From Acidimicrobiales bacterium (GTDB lineage: Bacteria > Actinomycetota > Acidimicrobiia > Acidimicrobiales > RAAP-2): a DNA stretch of 64,000 nt. Both the position numbers and the translations under genes were made by a program. Of this stretch, positions 44,524-54,007 are shown piece by piece. Each line of letters starts with the position of its first letter. The stretch's first letter is position 1. The notes beneath the pieces were generated by a model. The model saw nothing but the letters and a program-made list of their open reading frames with translations. It had not been told where the DNA came from and did not search any database. The stretch covers positions 1,010 to 65,009 of the forward strand of contig JBEKIU010000001.1 of the NCBI GenBank assembly GCA_050011635.1, written 5' to 3'.

Positions 44524-45002
44524 GGGTGCCGGGGTCCGCGGGCCAACGACACCAGGAACAGCGCACAACCGACGACGATGGACGCGTCGGCCACGTTGAA
44601 CGTGGGCCAGAAGTGCAGGGCGATGAAGTCGACGACGGCCCCGTGGTCGCCGCGGAAGAAGCGGTCGCAGAGGTTGCCCAGCGCGCCACCCACGATGAGG
44701 CCGAGGATGGCGGCCCGGCCGTTCGTCGTCGCCCGCCAGGCCATGACGCTCAACACCATGATCAGCACCAGCGCGATCGGGATGAGGATGGCCGCCTTCC
44801 CCTGGAACAGACTGAAGGAGGCGCCGGTGTTGCGGGACAGTTCGAGATCCAAGGTCCCGATCACGTGGATGGGGCCCGACGACAGTCGGGTGAGCGCCCA
44901 CCACTTGGTCAGCTGATCGACGAGCACCACCGCGACCATGACGGCCACGGCCACCGACAGGCGACGGGCGCCGGCACGGCGCTCACGGCCATCTGCGCCC
45001 AC
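44520..45002 (-). CDS. lspA: lipoprotein signal peptidase (signal peptidase II)
   Basis: DQLTKWWA, NTGASFSL, GGALGNLCDR and FNVADASI motifs. The start is placed at GTG 45002, just after the upstream stop. The longest ORF (45119) would overlap the upstream gene by about 100 nt. Confidence 0.88.
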   Translation of the reverse strand: MGADGRERRAGARRLSVAVAVMVAVVLVDQLTKWWALTRLSSGPIHVIGTLDLELSRNTGASFSLFQGKAAILIPIALVLIMVLSVMAWRATTNGRAAILGLIVGGALGNLCDRFFRGDHGAVVDFIALHFWPTFNVADASIVVGCALFLVSLARGPRHP

Positions 45003-45016
45003 CGCCGGCCCACCGG

Positions 45017-45799
45017 TCAGCGGCGTGACAGGCCGCCACTCTTGCAGGCCACGCACAGCCTGGCGAAGGGCAGGGCCCGAAGCCGCGCCTTCGGAATGGC
45101 CTGGTGGCATCGTTCGCATCCTCCGTAGCTCTTGCGATCGATCTTGCGGAGCGCGTCATCGATCTCCTCCACGGCGGCAGACGCCTGCGCGGAGAGCGCC
45201 AAATTGCGTTCACGGTCGACGGTGACCGTTCCGCCTTCGCCGGACTCCTCGTCGAACTGGACGTCGCCGGGCTCTCGCTCGAGGGCTAGGGAGTCGGCCT
45301 CGGCCCGAAGATCGACAGCCTGTCCGCTGTAGATGGCGCGCTCTTCGAGGAGCAGGGCACGCTGCTCCTCGAAGAATTTGGCGTCCTTGGCGTAGGGCCC
45401 GACACTGGGTCTCTTCGGGGCCGCAGCCACACTCTTGGTGGTGCCCGTCTTCTTCTTGGACGGCGAGGCGCTCGCACCGGTGCCCGCCGCCTTGGCCGGG
45501 GGTGCGGTCTTCTTCGCCGCGGTCTTCTTCGGGGCCGGTGCCTTCTTCTTCTCGGACGCCGCCGCCCCGGCCTGCGCCGGCGCGGTCTTCTTCGGGGCCG
45601 AGACGACCTTCTTCGTGGCCTTGGCCGCGACGGCAGCCCGCTTCGGTGCCGCGGCGCCCTTTTTGGAAGTGCCCACCTTGGCTTTCGACGCCGTCTTGGT
45701 CGGCGCTTTCGTCGGGGCCTTCTTCGCCGCCGAGCCGGTCCTGGTCGCAGGACCGGCCTTCCTGGGCGACGGTGCTGCCACCTTCTTCGCTGCCGTCAC
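45017..45799 (-). CDS. histone H1-like (Lys/Ala/Pro-rich) N-domain fused to a DksA/TraR C4 zinc-finger C-domain (DdbA-like)
   Basis: AAGGAGG lies 5 nt upstream of GTG 45799. The N-terminal ~135 aa are AKKAPTKAPTK-type repeats. The C-terminus has a coiled coil plus CERCHQAIPKARLRALPFARLCVAC. Confidence 0.8.
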   Translation of the reverse strand: MTAAKKVAAPSPRKAGPATRTGSAAKKAPTKAPTKTASKAKVGTSKKGAAAPKRAAVAAKATKKVVSAPKKTAPAQAGAAASEKKKAPAPKKTAAKKTAPPAKAAGTGASASPSKKKTGTTKSVAAAPKRPSVGPYAKDAKFFEEQRALLLEERAIYSGQAVDLRAEADSLALEREPGDVQFDEESGEGGTVTVDRERNLALSAQASAAVEEIDDALRKIDRKSYGGCERCHQAIPKARLRALPFARLCVACKSGGLSRR

Positions 45800-46042
45800 T
45801 TCGACCTCCTTCAAGGTTCGCCCCGTCGTGGGATCGGGACCGCACGGACTCGGTGGCCAGGACCATCCCCGACATCAGATGGGCGGGTGACGATACCGTG
45901 CTGAGCTCAATGCGGCAATCCGAGACCTGAAACGTGCCCAGGGACCATACCGGTGTGGTCGCTTCCATCAAACGCGCCCGGCCGTCAGGCGGGAGGTCGG
46001 GCCGGCGGTGCCGCGGGGCGGGGCAGGCGACCGCGACGACCG

Positions 46043-46921
46043 CTACAACGGAAGGACGGCGTCGGTGGCGGCCGGGCCGGGGGTGACACCGGCCGGTCGC
46101 ATCTGGGTCACTTCCCCGGTGGCGCCCGAGCCGCCGGGGCCGGGCGACGGTGCGTTCTCGGGTGGTGCGGCTTCCTGGGCTGCCGCGGCCGGTGCGGGTG
46201 CCGAAGCCGGTGCCGGTGCCGGTGCGGGTGCCGAAGCCGGTGCCGGTGCCGGTGCGGGTGCCGAAGCCGCTGCCGCTGCCGGGGCAGAGGTCGGTGCCGC
46301 GCCGGATCCACTCCCCGGGTCTTTCCCCGCCTGGACATCCGCGGGCGCGGAGACCTGCTGCACGTTCTCGTCCACCCACCGCAGGATGTCGCTCAATGCC
46401 GTCCGGAGGCGGTTTCGCTCACCCTCCAGGTGACGGGACATGGCCTCGACGTCGTGACTGAGCCTGGCCCGCGAATCCTCGAGCCGGTTGATCTCCTCGC
46501 GCAATCGTTGCTCCGATTCGGAGGCGATCTGAGAGGCCTGGGCCTGGGCCTGGTCGGTCATCTTCCGTGCGCTGGACTCGGCGTCGGCGATGGTCCGCGC
46601 CGCCTCGGATTCGGCATCCGCCTTGGTCTGGTCGACGAACTGCTGGGCCAGAATCAGGGTCCGCTGCAGCGTGTCATCGGGCACGGCCGGCTCGGCCGGC
46701 TGAGGAACCGGTTTCTGCTCGAGCGCCGTCTCCAGCTGTGAGATCCGCTCTGCCGCCTGGCGGAGCCGCTCCCCGCTCTGTCGGAGCTGCTCTTGCAGTC
46801 CTTCTGCCTCGACGGCGGCCTTTTCGAGGTACTCGTCGACATCATCCCGGTGGTATCCCTTGAGGGTCTCACGGAACTCAACCGTCCGAAGTGAATCGAG
46901 GGCAGATTGCGAGGCGTCCAT
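46043..46921 (-). CDS. divIVA: DivIVA / Wag31 polar growth and division protein
   Basis: TVEFRETLKGYHRDDVDEYLEKAA is the DivIVA N-domain, followed by long coiled coils and an Ala/Pro-rich tail. Last gene of the ftsZ-sepF-yggT-divIVA block. Confidence 0.92.
   Translation of the reverse strand: MDASQSALDSLRTVEFRETLKGYHRDDVDEYLEKAAVEAEGLQEQLRQSGERLRQAAERISQLETALEQKPVPQPAEPAVPDDTLQRTLILAQQFVDQTKADAESEAARTIADAESSARKMTDQAQAQASQIASESEQRLREEINRLEDSRARLSHDVEAMSRHLEGERNRLRTALSDILRWVDENVQQVSAPADVQAGKDPGSGSGAAPTSAPAAAAASAPAPAPAPASAPAPAPAPASAPAPAAAAQEAAPPENAPSPGPGGSGATGEVTQMRPAGVTPGPAATDAVLPL
46191..46280. repeat. 30-bp tandem repeat x3 inside divIVA (encodes the APAPAPASAP tail)
   Basis: GGTGCGGGTGCCGAAGCCGGTGCCGGTGCC occurs twice perfectly, and a third copy has 2 substitutions. 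Confidence 0.9.
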
Positions 46922-47026
46922 GGATCACCATGCTAGCGGTGCCGACCGATCGATCCAGGGATTACGGACCAAATTGCGGGAGGGTCGATGGTGCTGACGA
47001 CGCCCGGACGTCCCCGACCGGGAGGG

Positions 47027-47299
47027 TCAGGAGGAGAAGAGCGGGATCAGGACGACCAGGATGACCAGGAAGACGATCATCACCGACAGATCGAGGCCCA
47101 CGCCGCCCACCCGCACCGGGGGGAGGAGGCGCCGGACCGGCCTCAGCACGGGCTCGCAGATGGCCGACAGCACGTTCTGGATCTTGCGGACCGGTGAGTC
47201 GTAGGCCATGTGGCCGGCGGCGATCACCCAGCTCAGGATGGAATAGGCGAAGAGAACCAGGAGGAAGAGTTCGAGGATGATAACGATGATGGCGAACAC
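47027..47299 (-). CDS. yggT: YggT family membrane protein
   Basis: 90-aa two-TM protein (ILSWVIAAGHM...PVRRLLPPV..GLDLS) in the conserved position between sepF and divIVA. Confidence 0.85.
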   Translation of the reverse strand: MFAIIVIILELFLLVLFAYSILSWVIAAGHMAYDSPVRKIQNVLSAICEPVLRPVRRLLPPVRVGGVGLDLSVMIVFLVILVVLIPLFSS

Positions 47300-47346
47300 G
47301 TCAGCTCACTCCCCCGGCGCCTTGGAACAGGGATGCAGGTCCTCGC

Positions 47347-47922
47347 TCAGGGATTCACCAGCCCGCGGTCGGCGAGTCGCTGTCGTTCTTCGTCGGAGAC
47401 CTTCACATTCGAAGGTGTGAGGAGGAAGACCTCGTCGGCGACCCGCTCCATCCCCCCCGACAGCGCGTAGGTCACGCCGCTGCAGAAGTCGATCATCCTC
47501 CGTTGCAGGTCGCGGTCTGCACTCTGCATGTTCACGATCACCGGCTGACTGTTCATGAGCCGATTGGCGATCTCCTGCGCGTCGGCAAACCGCCCGGGGG
47601 CCACGATGTGCACCCTGGCCCCGGATGCCTCCTGTGAGATGGGCCGGACCGACGAGGATCCCACGGTCGCTCGCGGCGCGACCCGCGCCGGCGCCGCCAC
47701 CGCCGATCCACTGGTCTCGTCCGCGGTGAGCGTGCGGATCCGGGGGCTCGGGATTGCCGTGGTCGGCTCATCGAGGTCGTCGGCCACCGCCACGGACCGC
47801 TGGCCCGCCCGTGCCACCGGCGCGGCCGACGACGCCCGGGGCTCGTAGTCGTCGAAGTCGTCGTAGTCGTCATCGACCAGACCCAGATAGGCCATCGTTT
47901 TTTTCATGAACGAAGCTGGCAT
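47347..47922 (-). CDS. sepF: cell division protein SepF
   Basis: AGGAGG lies 5 nt upstream of ATG 47922. N-terminal KKTMAYLGLVDD, which I recognise as a membrane-targeting helix, and a C-terminal FtsZ-binding domain (IVAPGRFADAQEIANRL...PVIVNM). Confidence 0.93.
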   Translation of the reverse strand: MPASFMKKTMAYLGLVDDDYDDFDDYEPRASSAAPVARAGQRSVAVADDLDEPTTAIPSPRIRTLTADETSGSAVAAPARVAPRATVGSSSVRPISQEASGARVHIVAPGRFADAQEIANRLMNSQPVIVNMQSADRDLQRRMIDFCSGVTYALSGGMERVADEVFLLTPSNVKVSDEERQRLADRGLVNP

Positions 47923-48049
47923 CGTGTCCTCCTGCGCACAGCGTAGTGCCTGGCTTCGGGGACCGGTGGACCACCCGGGCATACACCGTGAGGTGGGATT
48001 CCTCCCATACGGACCCTCGATGCAGTCGAGCGCCTCCGTGCCGGTGCCA

Positions 48050-48769
48050 TCACCGCCGGCCGTCAGGAAGGGGCCGGTCACCGAAGAGCGCACGGCCCAG
48101 CCTCACCATGGTCGAGCCCTCGGCCAGCGCCACCTCGAGGTCGTCGCTCATGCCCATGGACCGGACAGGCAGGTCCAGACGGTCGGCCAGACCCGACACC
48201 AGGGCGAAACCCGGCCTCGACGCCTCCGGGGCCCCCGGCGGACCTACCGCCATCAAGCCGGCAACATCGAGGTCCTGGTCACGCAAGGCCGCCACCAACC
48301 CGGGGACCTGGTCGGGCGGGCACCCGCCCCGCCCCGGCAACCCGGCCACGTCCACCTGGACCAGCACCGTCGCTCCGGGGAGGCGTCCGGCGATGGTCCG
48401 TCCCTCTTCGACCCGGGACACGGTTTGCCACCAGCTCACCCACGGGACCAGACGGGGAACCTTGTTCCGTTGCACGGCCCCCAGGAAGTGCCACACCGGC
48501 ACCGGTTGCCCATCGACGCGGACCGGTCCCTCACCGGCTCCGTCTGCCACCGCCCCTGCCTTGGCCACCAGCTCGTCGGCGTAGTTCTCCCCGACGTCAG
48601 TGAGCCCGGCGGCCAAGGCGGCCACCACCGCATCGACACCGAACCCCTTGGTCACGGCCACGATGCGCACGGCGCCGGGATCGGCGGAGGCCGAACGGAT
48701 GCGGTCGCGCACCGCCTCGAGGCGCTCGGCGAACCCGGCGCCGGTGGGCCGGCCGTCCCGTCCGCTCAC
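48050..48769 (-). CDS. yggS: YggS family pyridoxal-phosphate homeostasis protein
   Basis: VAVTKGFGVDAV (PLP Lys), WHFLGAVQRNK and SMGMSDDLEVA. GTG 48769 overlaps the pgeF stop (GTGA). Confidence 0.92.
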   Translation of the reverse strand: MSGRDGRPTGAGFAERLEAVRDRIRSASADPGAVRIVAVTKGFGVDAVVAALAAGLTDVGENYADELVAKAGAVADGAGEGPVRVDGQPVPVWHFLGAVQRNKVPRLVPWVSWWQTVSRVEEGRTIAGRLPGATVLVQVDVAGLPGRGGCPPDQVPGLVAALRDQDLDVAGLMAVGPPGAPEASRPGFALVSGLADRLDLPVRSMGMSDDLEVALAEGSTMVRLGRALFGDRPLPDGRR

Positions 48770-49425
48770 CCGGGGCCGGGCGCGGGGTCCGACCAGACGA
48801 CGAGGGCTTGGCGCCCACCATCTCCCCGCGCCCGATGGGAGAAATAGCCGCCTTCACATGCAGTGCAGGCATCGATGCCGACGACCTCTGCCGCCCCGCT
48901 GGCAGCCAGAGCGGCCGAGACCGCGGCGGGTACGTCGAGGGCCGGCCGGCCCGCCGCCGTGAGACCGCGGACGCCGTCGCCACGGACGGCAGCCACACCG
49001 GCCAGGTCGTCTTCGGAGAACTCATAACAGCGGGCATGGATGCAGGGGCCGAGCGCACCGACGACACGGGTGGCGCCCATCGTTCTCATGGCGCCCACCG
49101 CCCCCTCCACCACATCACCGGCCAGTCCTCGCCAGCCGGCATGGACGACTCCGAAGACACCCTCACTGCTCCCGAGGGCGATCGAGGCGCAGTCGGCCGT
49201 GAGCACGACCAGAGCGCACTCGGGGGAGTCCGATACCAGGGCGTCGCCGGGTCCGGCGAACACGGCGGTCACGCCGGGTGGCCCGACACCGCCGGCTGCC
49301 GGCGACCGCGGGTGGGCGGCGACCACACGGGTACCGTGGACCTGGTCCAGCCAGTGGACCTCGCTGACCGACGCCCCGCCTCGGCTGGATCCGGTGGCTC
49401 GGGCCACCAACCGTTCGAGCTCCAC
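48766..49425 (-). CDS. pgeF: peptidoglycan editing factor PgeF (YfiH/DUF152, laccase-domain protein)
   Basis: QVHGTRVV, LTADCASI, HAGWRGLAGDVV and ACTACEGGYFSHR motifs. Shorter than E. coli YfiH in the N-terminal third. Confidence 0.88.
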   Translation of the reverse strand: MELERLVARATGSSRGGASVSEVHWLDQVHGTRVVAAHPRSPAAGGVGPPGVTAVFAGPGDALVSDSPECALVVLTADCASIALGSSEGVFGVVHAGWRGLAGDVVEGAVGAMRTMGATRVVGALGPCIHARCYEFSEDDLAGVAAVRGDGVRGLTAAGRPALDVPAAVSAALAASGAAEVVGIDACTACEGGYFSHRARGDGGRQALVVWSDPAPGPG

Positions 49426-49529
49426 CGCCTGGCCGGCCGACTGCCCTGTCGGCCGCAGATCGCCCGAGGACGATCCGGTCCATGCGGCCCGGACAGGCCC
49501 GACGATCGGTATCGGGACGACGGGCAGAG

Positions 49530-50651
49530 TCAGCGGAGGAACGACGGCACGTCGAAGTCGTCGTCGCCCAGGTCGAGCTCCTCGTCCGTCGGTGTGGCGA
49601 AGATGTCCTCATGGGCCGAGTCCGAGCCCAGCACCCGGCTGCGGGTCTCCTCCCGGCCGGTGGCCTCGGCATTGCCGGCGCCACCTCGAGTCTGCGCCTC
49701 CCAGCGCTCGAACCCGGCGGCGATGACGGTGACCCTGACCTCCTCGCCCATGGCCTCGTCGATCACACTGCCGAAGATGATGTTGGCATCGGGATGGGCC
49801 ACTCCGTGGATGATCTCTGCTGCCTCATTGACCTCGAACAGGCCCAGGTCCGGACCCCCGGCGATGTTGAGCAGGATGCCCCGGGCGCCCTCGATGGACG
49901 CCTCGAGCAGCGGGCTGGTGATTGCCGCCCGGGCGGCGTTGACCGCTCGTCCCTCGCCGGTGGCAGATCCGATGCCCATGATGGCCGTGCCGGCGTTGCT
50001 CATGATCATCTTGACGTCGGCGAAGTCGGTGTTGATGAGACCGGGAACCGTGATCAGGCTGGTGATCCCCAGCACACCCTGCATCAGCACCTCGTCGGCC
50101 ATCTTGAAGGCGTCGACCATCGACGTCTTCTCGTTGGACACCGTGAGCAGCCGGTCGTTGGGGATGATGATCAGCGTGTCGACCTTCTCCTTCAGGTTCT
50201 GGATGCCCTGCTCGGCCTGGACCGAGCGGCGGCGACCCTCGAAGGTGAACGGACGGGTGACCACACCGATGGTCAGCGCACCCAGGCCCTTGGCGATCTC
50301 CGCCACCACCGGCGCGGCCCCGGTGCCGGTCCCACCGCCCTTGCCGGCCGTGATGAAGACCATGTCGGCGCCCTTGAGGGCCTCCTCGATCTCCGACCGG
50401 TGCTCCTCGGCGGCCAGACGGCCCACCTCGGGATCGCTTCCGGCGCCGAGACCCCGGGTCAATTGGCGCCCGATGTCCAGCTTCAGATCGGCGTCGCTCA
50501 TCAACAGGGCCTGGGCATCGGTGTTGGTGGCGATGAATTCGACCCCCCGCAATCCGGCCTCGATCATGCGGTTGACGGCATTGACACCACCTCCGCCCAC
50601 GCCCACCACTTTGATGACGGCAAAATAGTTGTTCTGTGCCGGAACGGTCAT
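49530..50651 (-). CDS. ftsZ: cell division GTPase FtsZ
   Basis: [17 protein letters not shown] and the tubulin signature [14 protein letters not shown]-terminal [10 protein letters not shown] peptide. Confidence 0.99.
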   Translation of the reverse strand: MTVPAQNNYFAVIKVVGVGGGGVNAVNRMIEAGLRGVEFIATNTDAQALLMSDADLKLDIGRQLTRGLGAGSDPEVGRLAAEEHRSEIEEALKGADMVFITAGKGGGTGTGAAPVVAEIAKGLGALTIGVVTRPFTFEGRRRSVQAEQGIQNLKEKVDTLIIIPNDRLLTVSNEKTSMVDAFKMADEVLMQGVLGITSLITVPGLINTDFADVKMIMSNAGTAIMGIGSATGEGRAVNAARAAITSPLLEASIEGARGILLNIAGGPDLGLFEVNEAAEIIHGVAHPDANIIFGSVIDEAMGEEVRVTVIAAGFERWEAQTRGGAGNAEATGREETRSRVLGSDSAHEDIFATPTDEELDLGDDDFDVPSFLR

Positions 50652-50794
50652 GTAATCCCTTACCCTCGACCAAAGGTTGAAACCGTTCCAACCGGCGAGT
50701 TGGTGACCACGATACGGTCAGCGCAGTACCTGGTCAAGCACGGGGGACACACGGAGGACACCTCGGCCCGCGGCATCGACCCAGGTGACGGCGA

Positions 50795-51601
50795 TCAACC
50801 GGTCACCGTCGGGGACTGGGGAACGGTCACATCGATGGTGGTCGCGCCGTGCAGGGAGCCGTGGGCGATGACCGCGGCCACGTCTTCGTACTTGGCCTCC
50901 ATGTCGGTGTCGGTCCCGAGCAGAACGGTAATTCCAGAGTTGAGGCCCAGGCTCACCGTCGCGTTCGCCGCCTCGGTCACCGACACCACCTGGGCGGAGA
51001 ATGCGAGCGGCAGCGTCCTGCACACGATCAGGCCGAACGAGCCGGCGGGGCCCAGGGTGCCGCCCACCTTGGCCGGGTGCGCCGCCCCTGTGGTGGTGGC
51101 CGCGGCCAGCACGACCAGGCCCGGTGGCTGGGCGGCCAGTACCTCGAGCGTCCGGCCGTGGGCGTCCAGCACCGACCACGACGCGCCGGGACCGGCCATG
51201 ACCACCTTCGGCACCCGTTCCGTGACCGAGATGGTCACCCCGTCGGGCCAGTGGCGGTGCACCTGGGCGGTGGCGATGAAGGGAAGGCTCTCCACCCGCT
51301 CGGCCACCGCACCGGGGTCCACGCTGATCAGCGGCGGTTGATGATCGAGGCCGGCGGCGGCCACGATGGCCGCGTCGGTCGTGTGGGGGTGGATGCCGGA
51401 CACCGAGACGACCCTGGCACCGAACAGTGGGGTGTGCAGAAGGCCCACAGCCCCTGTGACCAGCACGAGCACCGCGATCGCGCCCGTGATCCACCGGAGG
51501 CGGCGCCGCCCCTGGCTCCGCTGGATGGCCACCCGTCGTTGCCGGATGCGGGGGTCGATGACCGGGCGTTCGTCCACGGTCGGCGCATCGGGCGGGTTCA
51601 T
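50795..51601 (-). CDS. ftsQ: cell division protein FtsQ (POTRA domain)
   Basis: ATG 51601 overlaps the murB stop (ATGA). Basic N-terminus, one TM helix, then a POTRA-like segment (ARVVSVSGIHPHTTDAAIVAAAGL). Lies between murB and ftsZ. Confidence 0.85.
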   Translation of the reverse strand: MNPPDAPTVDERPVIDPRIRQRRVAIQRSQGRRRLRWITGAIAVLVLVTGAVGLLHTPLFGARVVSVSGIHPHTTDAAIVAAAGLDHQPPLISVDPGAVAERVESLPFIATAQVHRHWPDGVTISVTERVPKVVMAGPGASWSVLDAHGRTLEVLAAQPPGLVVLAAATTTGAAHPAKVGGTLGPAGSFGLIVCRTLPLAFSAQVVSVTEAANATVSLGLNSGITVLLGTDTDMEAKYEDVAAVIAHGSLHGATTIDVTVPQSPTVTG

Positions 51602-52602
51602 CGGGCGCCGTCCCCGGCCCCGGCCCCGTGGGTCCCGGTCTCGTCGGCGTCGACCCCGTCGGACTCGGTCCCGTCGGCCCCGGCCCCCGTCCCGCTGAAC
51701 CCGACCAGCCGCACCTCGGTCCGCAGGGTCACGCCGGTCGCACCGGCCACCACCGACCGTACATGGTCGACGAGCCGGAATACGTCGTCCGCCGATCCTC
51801 CGGGGTCCGCCTGGATGAAGTTGGCGTGCCGGGGCGAGACCTCCGCCGTTCCCAACCGGAAGCCTTTGAGCCCGCACGACTCGATGATCCGGCCGGCCGA
51901 ATCCCCCGGTGGGTTCGTGAACACCGACCCGGCGTTGCTCCCCCCGGGCTGGTTGGCCCGGCGCCACCGGACGATCTCCTCGATGGTGGCCCTGCCCTCG
52001 GCCGGATCTCCGGGCTCGAGCCGGTGGACGCCGGAGACGACGACGTCGGTGGGCCTGAGGTCGGAGTGCCGGTAGCCGAACCCGAGTCGTTCGGCTGACG
52101 CCTCGTGTACCTCGCCCGAGCACAGGTCCACCCACCGGTAGCCGGTCAGTGTGGCCGCGGTATCCGAGCCATGGCCCCCGGCGTTCATCCGGATGGCGCC
52201 ACCGACCGAGCCGGGCACCCCGACCGCCCATTCCAGACCGTGCAACCCGGCCGCCGCGGTGCGCCGGGCCAACACCGGAAGGCTGAGGCCGGCCCCCGCC
52301 GTGACCGTGGCGCCGTCGACGGACAGGGAGTCGAACCCAGCCCCGAGGGAGACGACCAGGCCGTCGAAGCCCCGGTCGGCCACCAACAGGTTGGATCCCT
52401 TGCCCATCACCAGCACAGGGGCCCGCAGACCCCTGAGGGCGTGGCCCACCTCGACCAGCTGCGCCTCGTCTCGGGGTGCGATGAACAGAGCCGCCGTCCC
52501 ACCCACCCGGTACGTGGTCAGGGCACCGAGGGGGTGGTCGTGGTGCACGGCGGGTCCGAGAGCCAGTCCGAGGGCGGCCAGGTCGTCGGTCGGAGCCGTC
52601 AT
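51598..52602 (-). CDS. murB: UDP-N-acetylenolpyruvoylglucosamine reductase
   Basis: TTYRVGGTAALF, GKGSNLLV and VPGSVGGAIRMNAGGHG. ATG 52602 lies 7 nt after the murC stop. Gly/Asp-rich C-terminal tail. Confidence 0.93.
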   Translation of the reverse strand: MTAPTDDLAALGLALGPAVHHDHPLGALTTYRVGGTAALFIAPRDEAQLVEVGHALRGLRAPVLVMGKGSNLLVADRGFDGLVVSLGAGFDSLSVDGATVTAGAGLSLPVLARRTAAAGLHGLEWAVGVPGSVGGAIRMNAGGHGSDTAATLTGYRWVDLCSGEVHEASAERLGFGYRHSDLRPTDVVVSGVHRLEPGDPAEGRATIEEIVRWRRANQPGGSNAGSVFTNPPGDSAGRIIESCGLKGFRLGTAEVSPRHANFIQADPGGSADDVFRLVDHVRSVVAGATGVTLRTEVRLVGFSGTGAGADGTESDGVDADETGTHGAGAGDGAR

Positions 52603-52609
52603 CAGGCGC

Positions 52610-54007
52610 TCACCACCTCGGGTCGGCCATGAGCTCGTCGGGGAGCGAGGTGAGATCACCGGCGCCCAGCGTGCAGCACAGGTCGCCGGCTTCGAGGAGC
52701 TCGCCCACCGTGCGCCGCAGCTCCGAGCGACCCGGTGCGTAGAACACCGGCATGGCGGGAAGCGAGCGCCGGACGGCCTCGGCCACCAGGCGGCCCGAGA
52801 CCCCTGGCACCGGGGCCTCGCCCGCCCCGTAGACATCGGTGACCACGACCAGGTCGGCGTCGCCGAACGCCTGCCCGAACTCGGTCCCGAGCTCGACCGT
52901 GCGGCTGTAGCGGTGGGGTTGGAACACGGCGACGATCCGGCGCCAGTCGCCGTTGCGCGCCGCACCCAGCGCAGCGCGCACCTCGCTGGGAAGGTGCGCA
53001 TAGTCGTCGACGAAGGTCACCCCGTTCACCGCACCCCTGAATTCGAACCGGCGGGCCACCCCGGCGAACCGGGACAGGGCTCGGGCCGCGGCGGCGAACG
53101 GGACCCCGGCCCCGAGGGCGGCCACCGTGGCCACCGCGGCGTTGCGTGCGTTGTGGACGCCGGGCACGGGCACGGCCAGTCGGCCCAGCCCGACCCCGTC
53201 CGGACCGACCAGTGAAAAGGAGATCGAGCTGCGGGCCAGCTGGAGATCCACGATCCGGAAGGTGCACTCGGGCGCGAGACCGACCACCGCTGCGCCACTG
53301 TCCCTCCCGATCCCGGCGGCGACCGGATCGTCGCCTCCCACCACCCGCCGGACGCGGGCACGGGCCACGAACTCCTCGAACGCCGACCGCATGGCCCCGA
53401 ACGATCCCCAGTGGTCGAGGTGGTCCGCCTCGACATTGGTGACGACGGCCACCTCCGGCTCGAGCGACAGGAACGAGCCGTCGCTCTCGTCGGCCTCGAC
53501 CACCAGCCACTCGCCGTGGTCCCAGACCGCGTTGGTGCCGATCTCATTGACGTCGCCGCCGATGAGGAACGAGGGCCTGGACCCACCTTCGACGAGCTGG
53601 AGGGCCAGCATCGATGCGGTCGTGGTCTTCCCGTGGGTCCCGGCCACCGCGATGCAGCGCTTCAGCGAGGCGATGGACGCCAGTGCTTGGGCGCGGGCCA
53701 GCACGGTGATCCCGCGGCGCCTGGCCTCTGCGACCTCCGGGTTGTCCTCGGGGACGGCCGAGGACACGGTGACCACGTCAGCCGGACCCACGTTGGCTGC
53801 GGCGTGGCCGATGGCCACCGGGATCCCGGCCCCGCGCAGCCGTTCGGTGACAGCCGACGCCTTGAGGTCGCTGCCGGTCACGGTGTGGCCCATGGCGTGC
53901 AGGGCGGTGGCGATGGCGCTCATCCCGGCTCCACCGATCCCGACCACGTGGACCGTGAGTGGGTGGCCGGGAGCACCGAACGGCCCCGTTCCCGGGGGGG
54001 CGGTCAT
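52610..54007 (-). CDS. murC: UDP-N-acetylmuramate--L-alanine ligase
   Basis: VHVVGIGGAGMSAIA and AVAGTHGKTTTASMLA. ATG 54007 overlaps the murG stop (ATGA) and gives 465 aa. Confidence 0.96.
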   Translation of the reverse strand: MTAPPGTGPFGAPGHPLTVHVVGIGGAGMSAIATALHAMGHTVTGSDLKASAVTERLRGAGIPVAIGHAAANVGPADVVTVSSAVPEDNPEVAEARRRGITVLARAQALASIASLKRCIAVAGTHGKTTTASMLALQLVEGGSRPSFLIGGDVNEIGTNAVWDHGEWLVVEADESDGSFLSLEPEVAVVTNVEADHLDHWGSFGAMRSAFEEFVARARVRRVVGGDDPVAAGIGRDSGAAVVGLAPECTFRIVDLQLARSSISFSLVGPDGVGLGRLAVPVPGVHNARNAAVATVAALGAGVPFAAAARALSRFAGVARRFEFRGAVNGVTFVDDYAHLPSEVRAALGAARNGDWRRIVAVFQPHRYSRTVELGTEFGQAFGDADLVVVTDVYGAGEAPVPGVSGRLVAEAVRRSLPAMPVFYAPGRSELRRTVGELLEAGDLCCTLGAGDLTSLPDELMADPRW

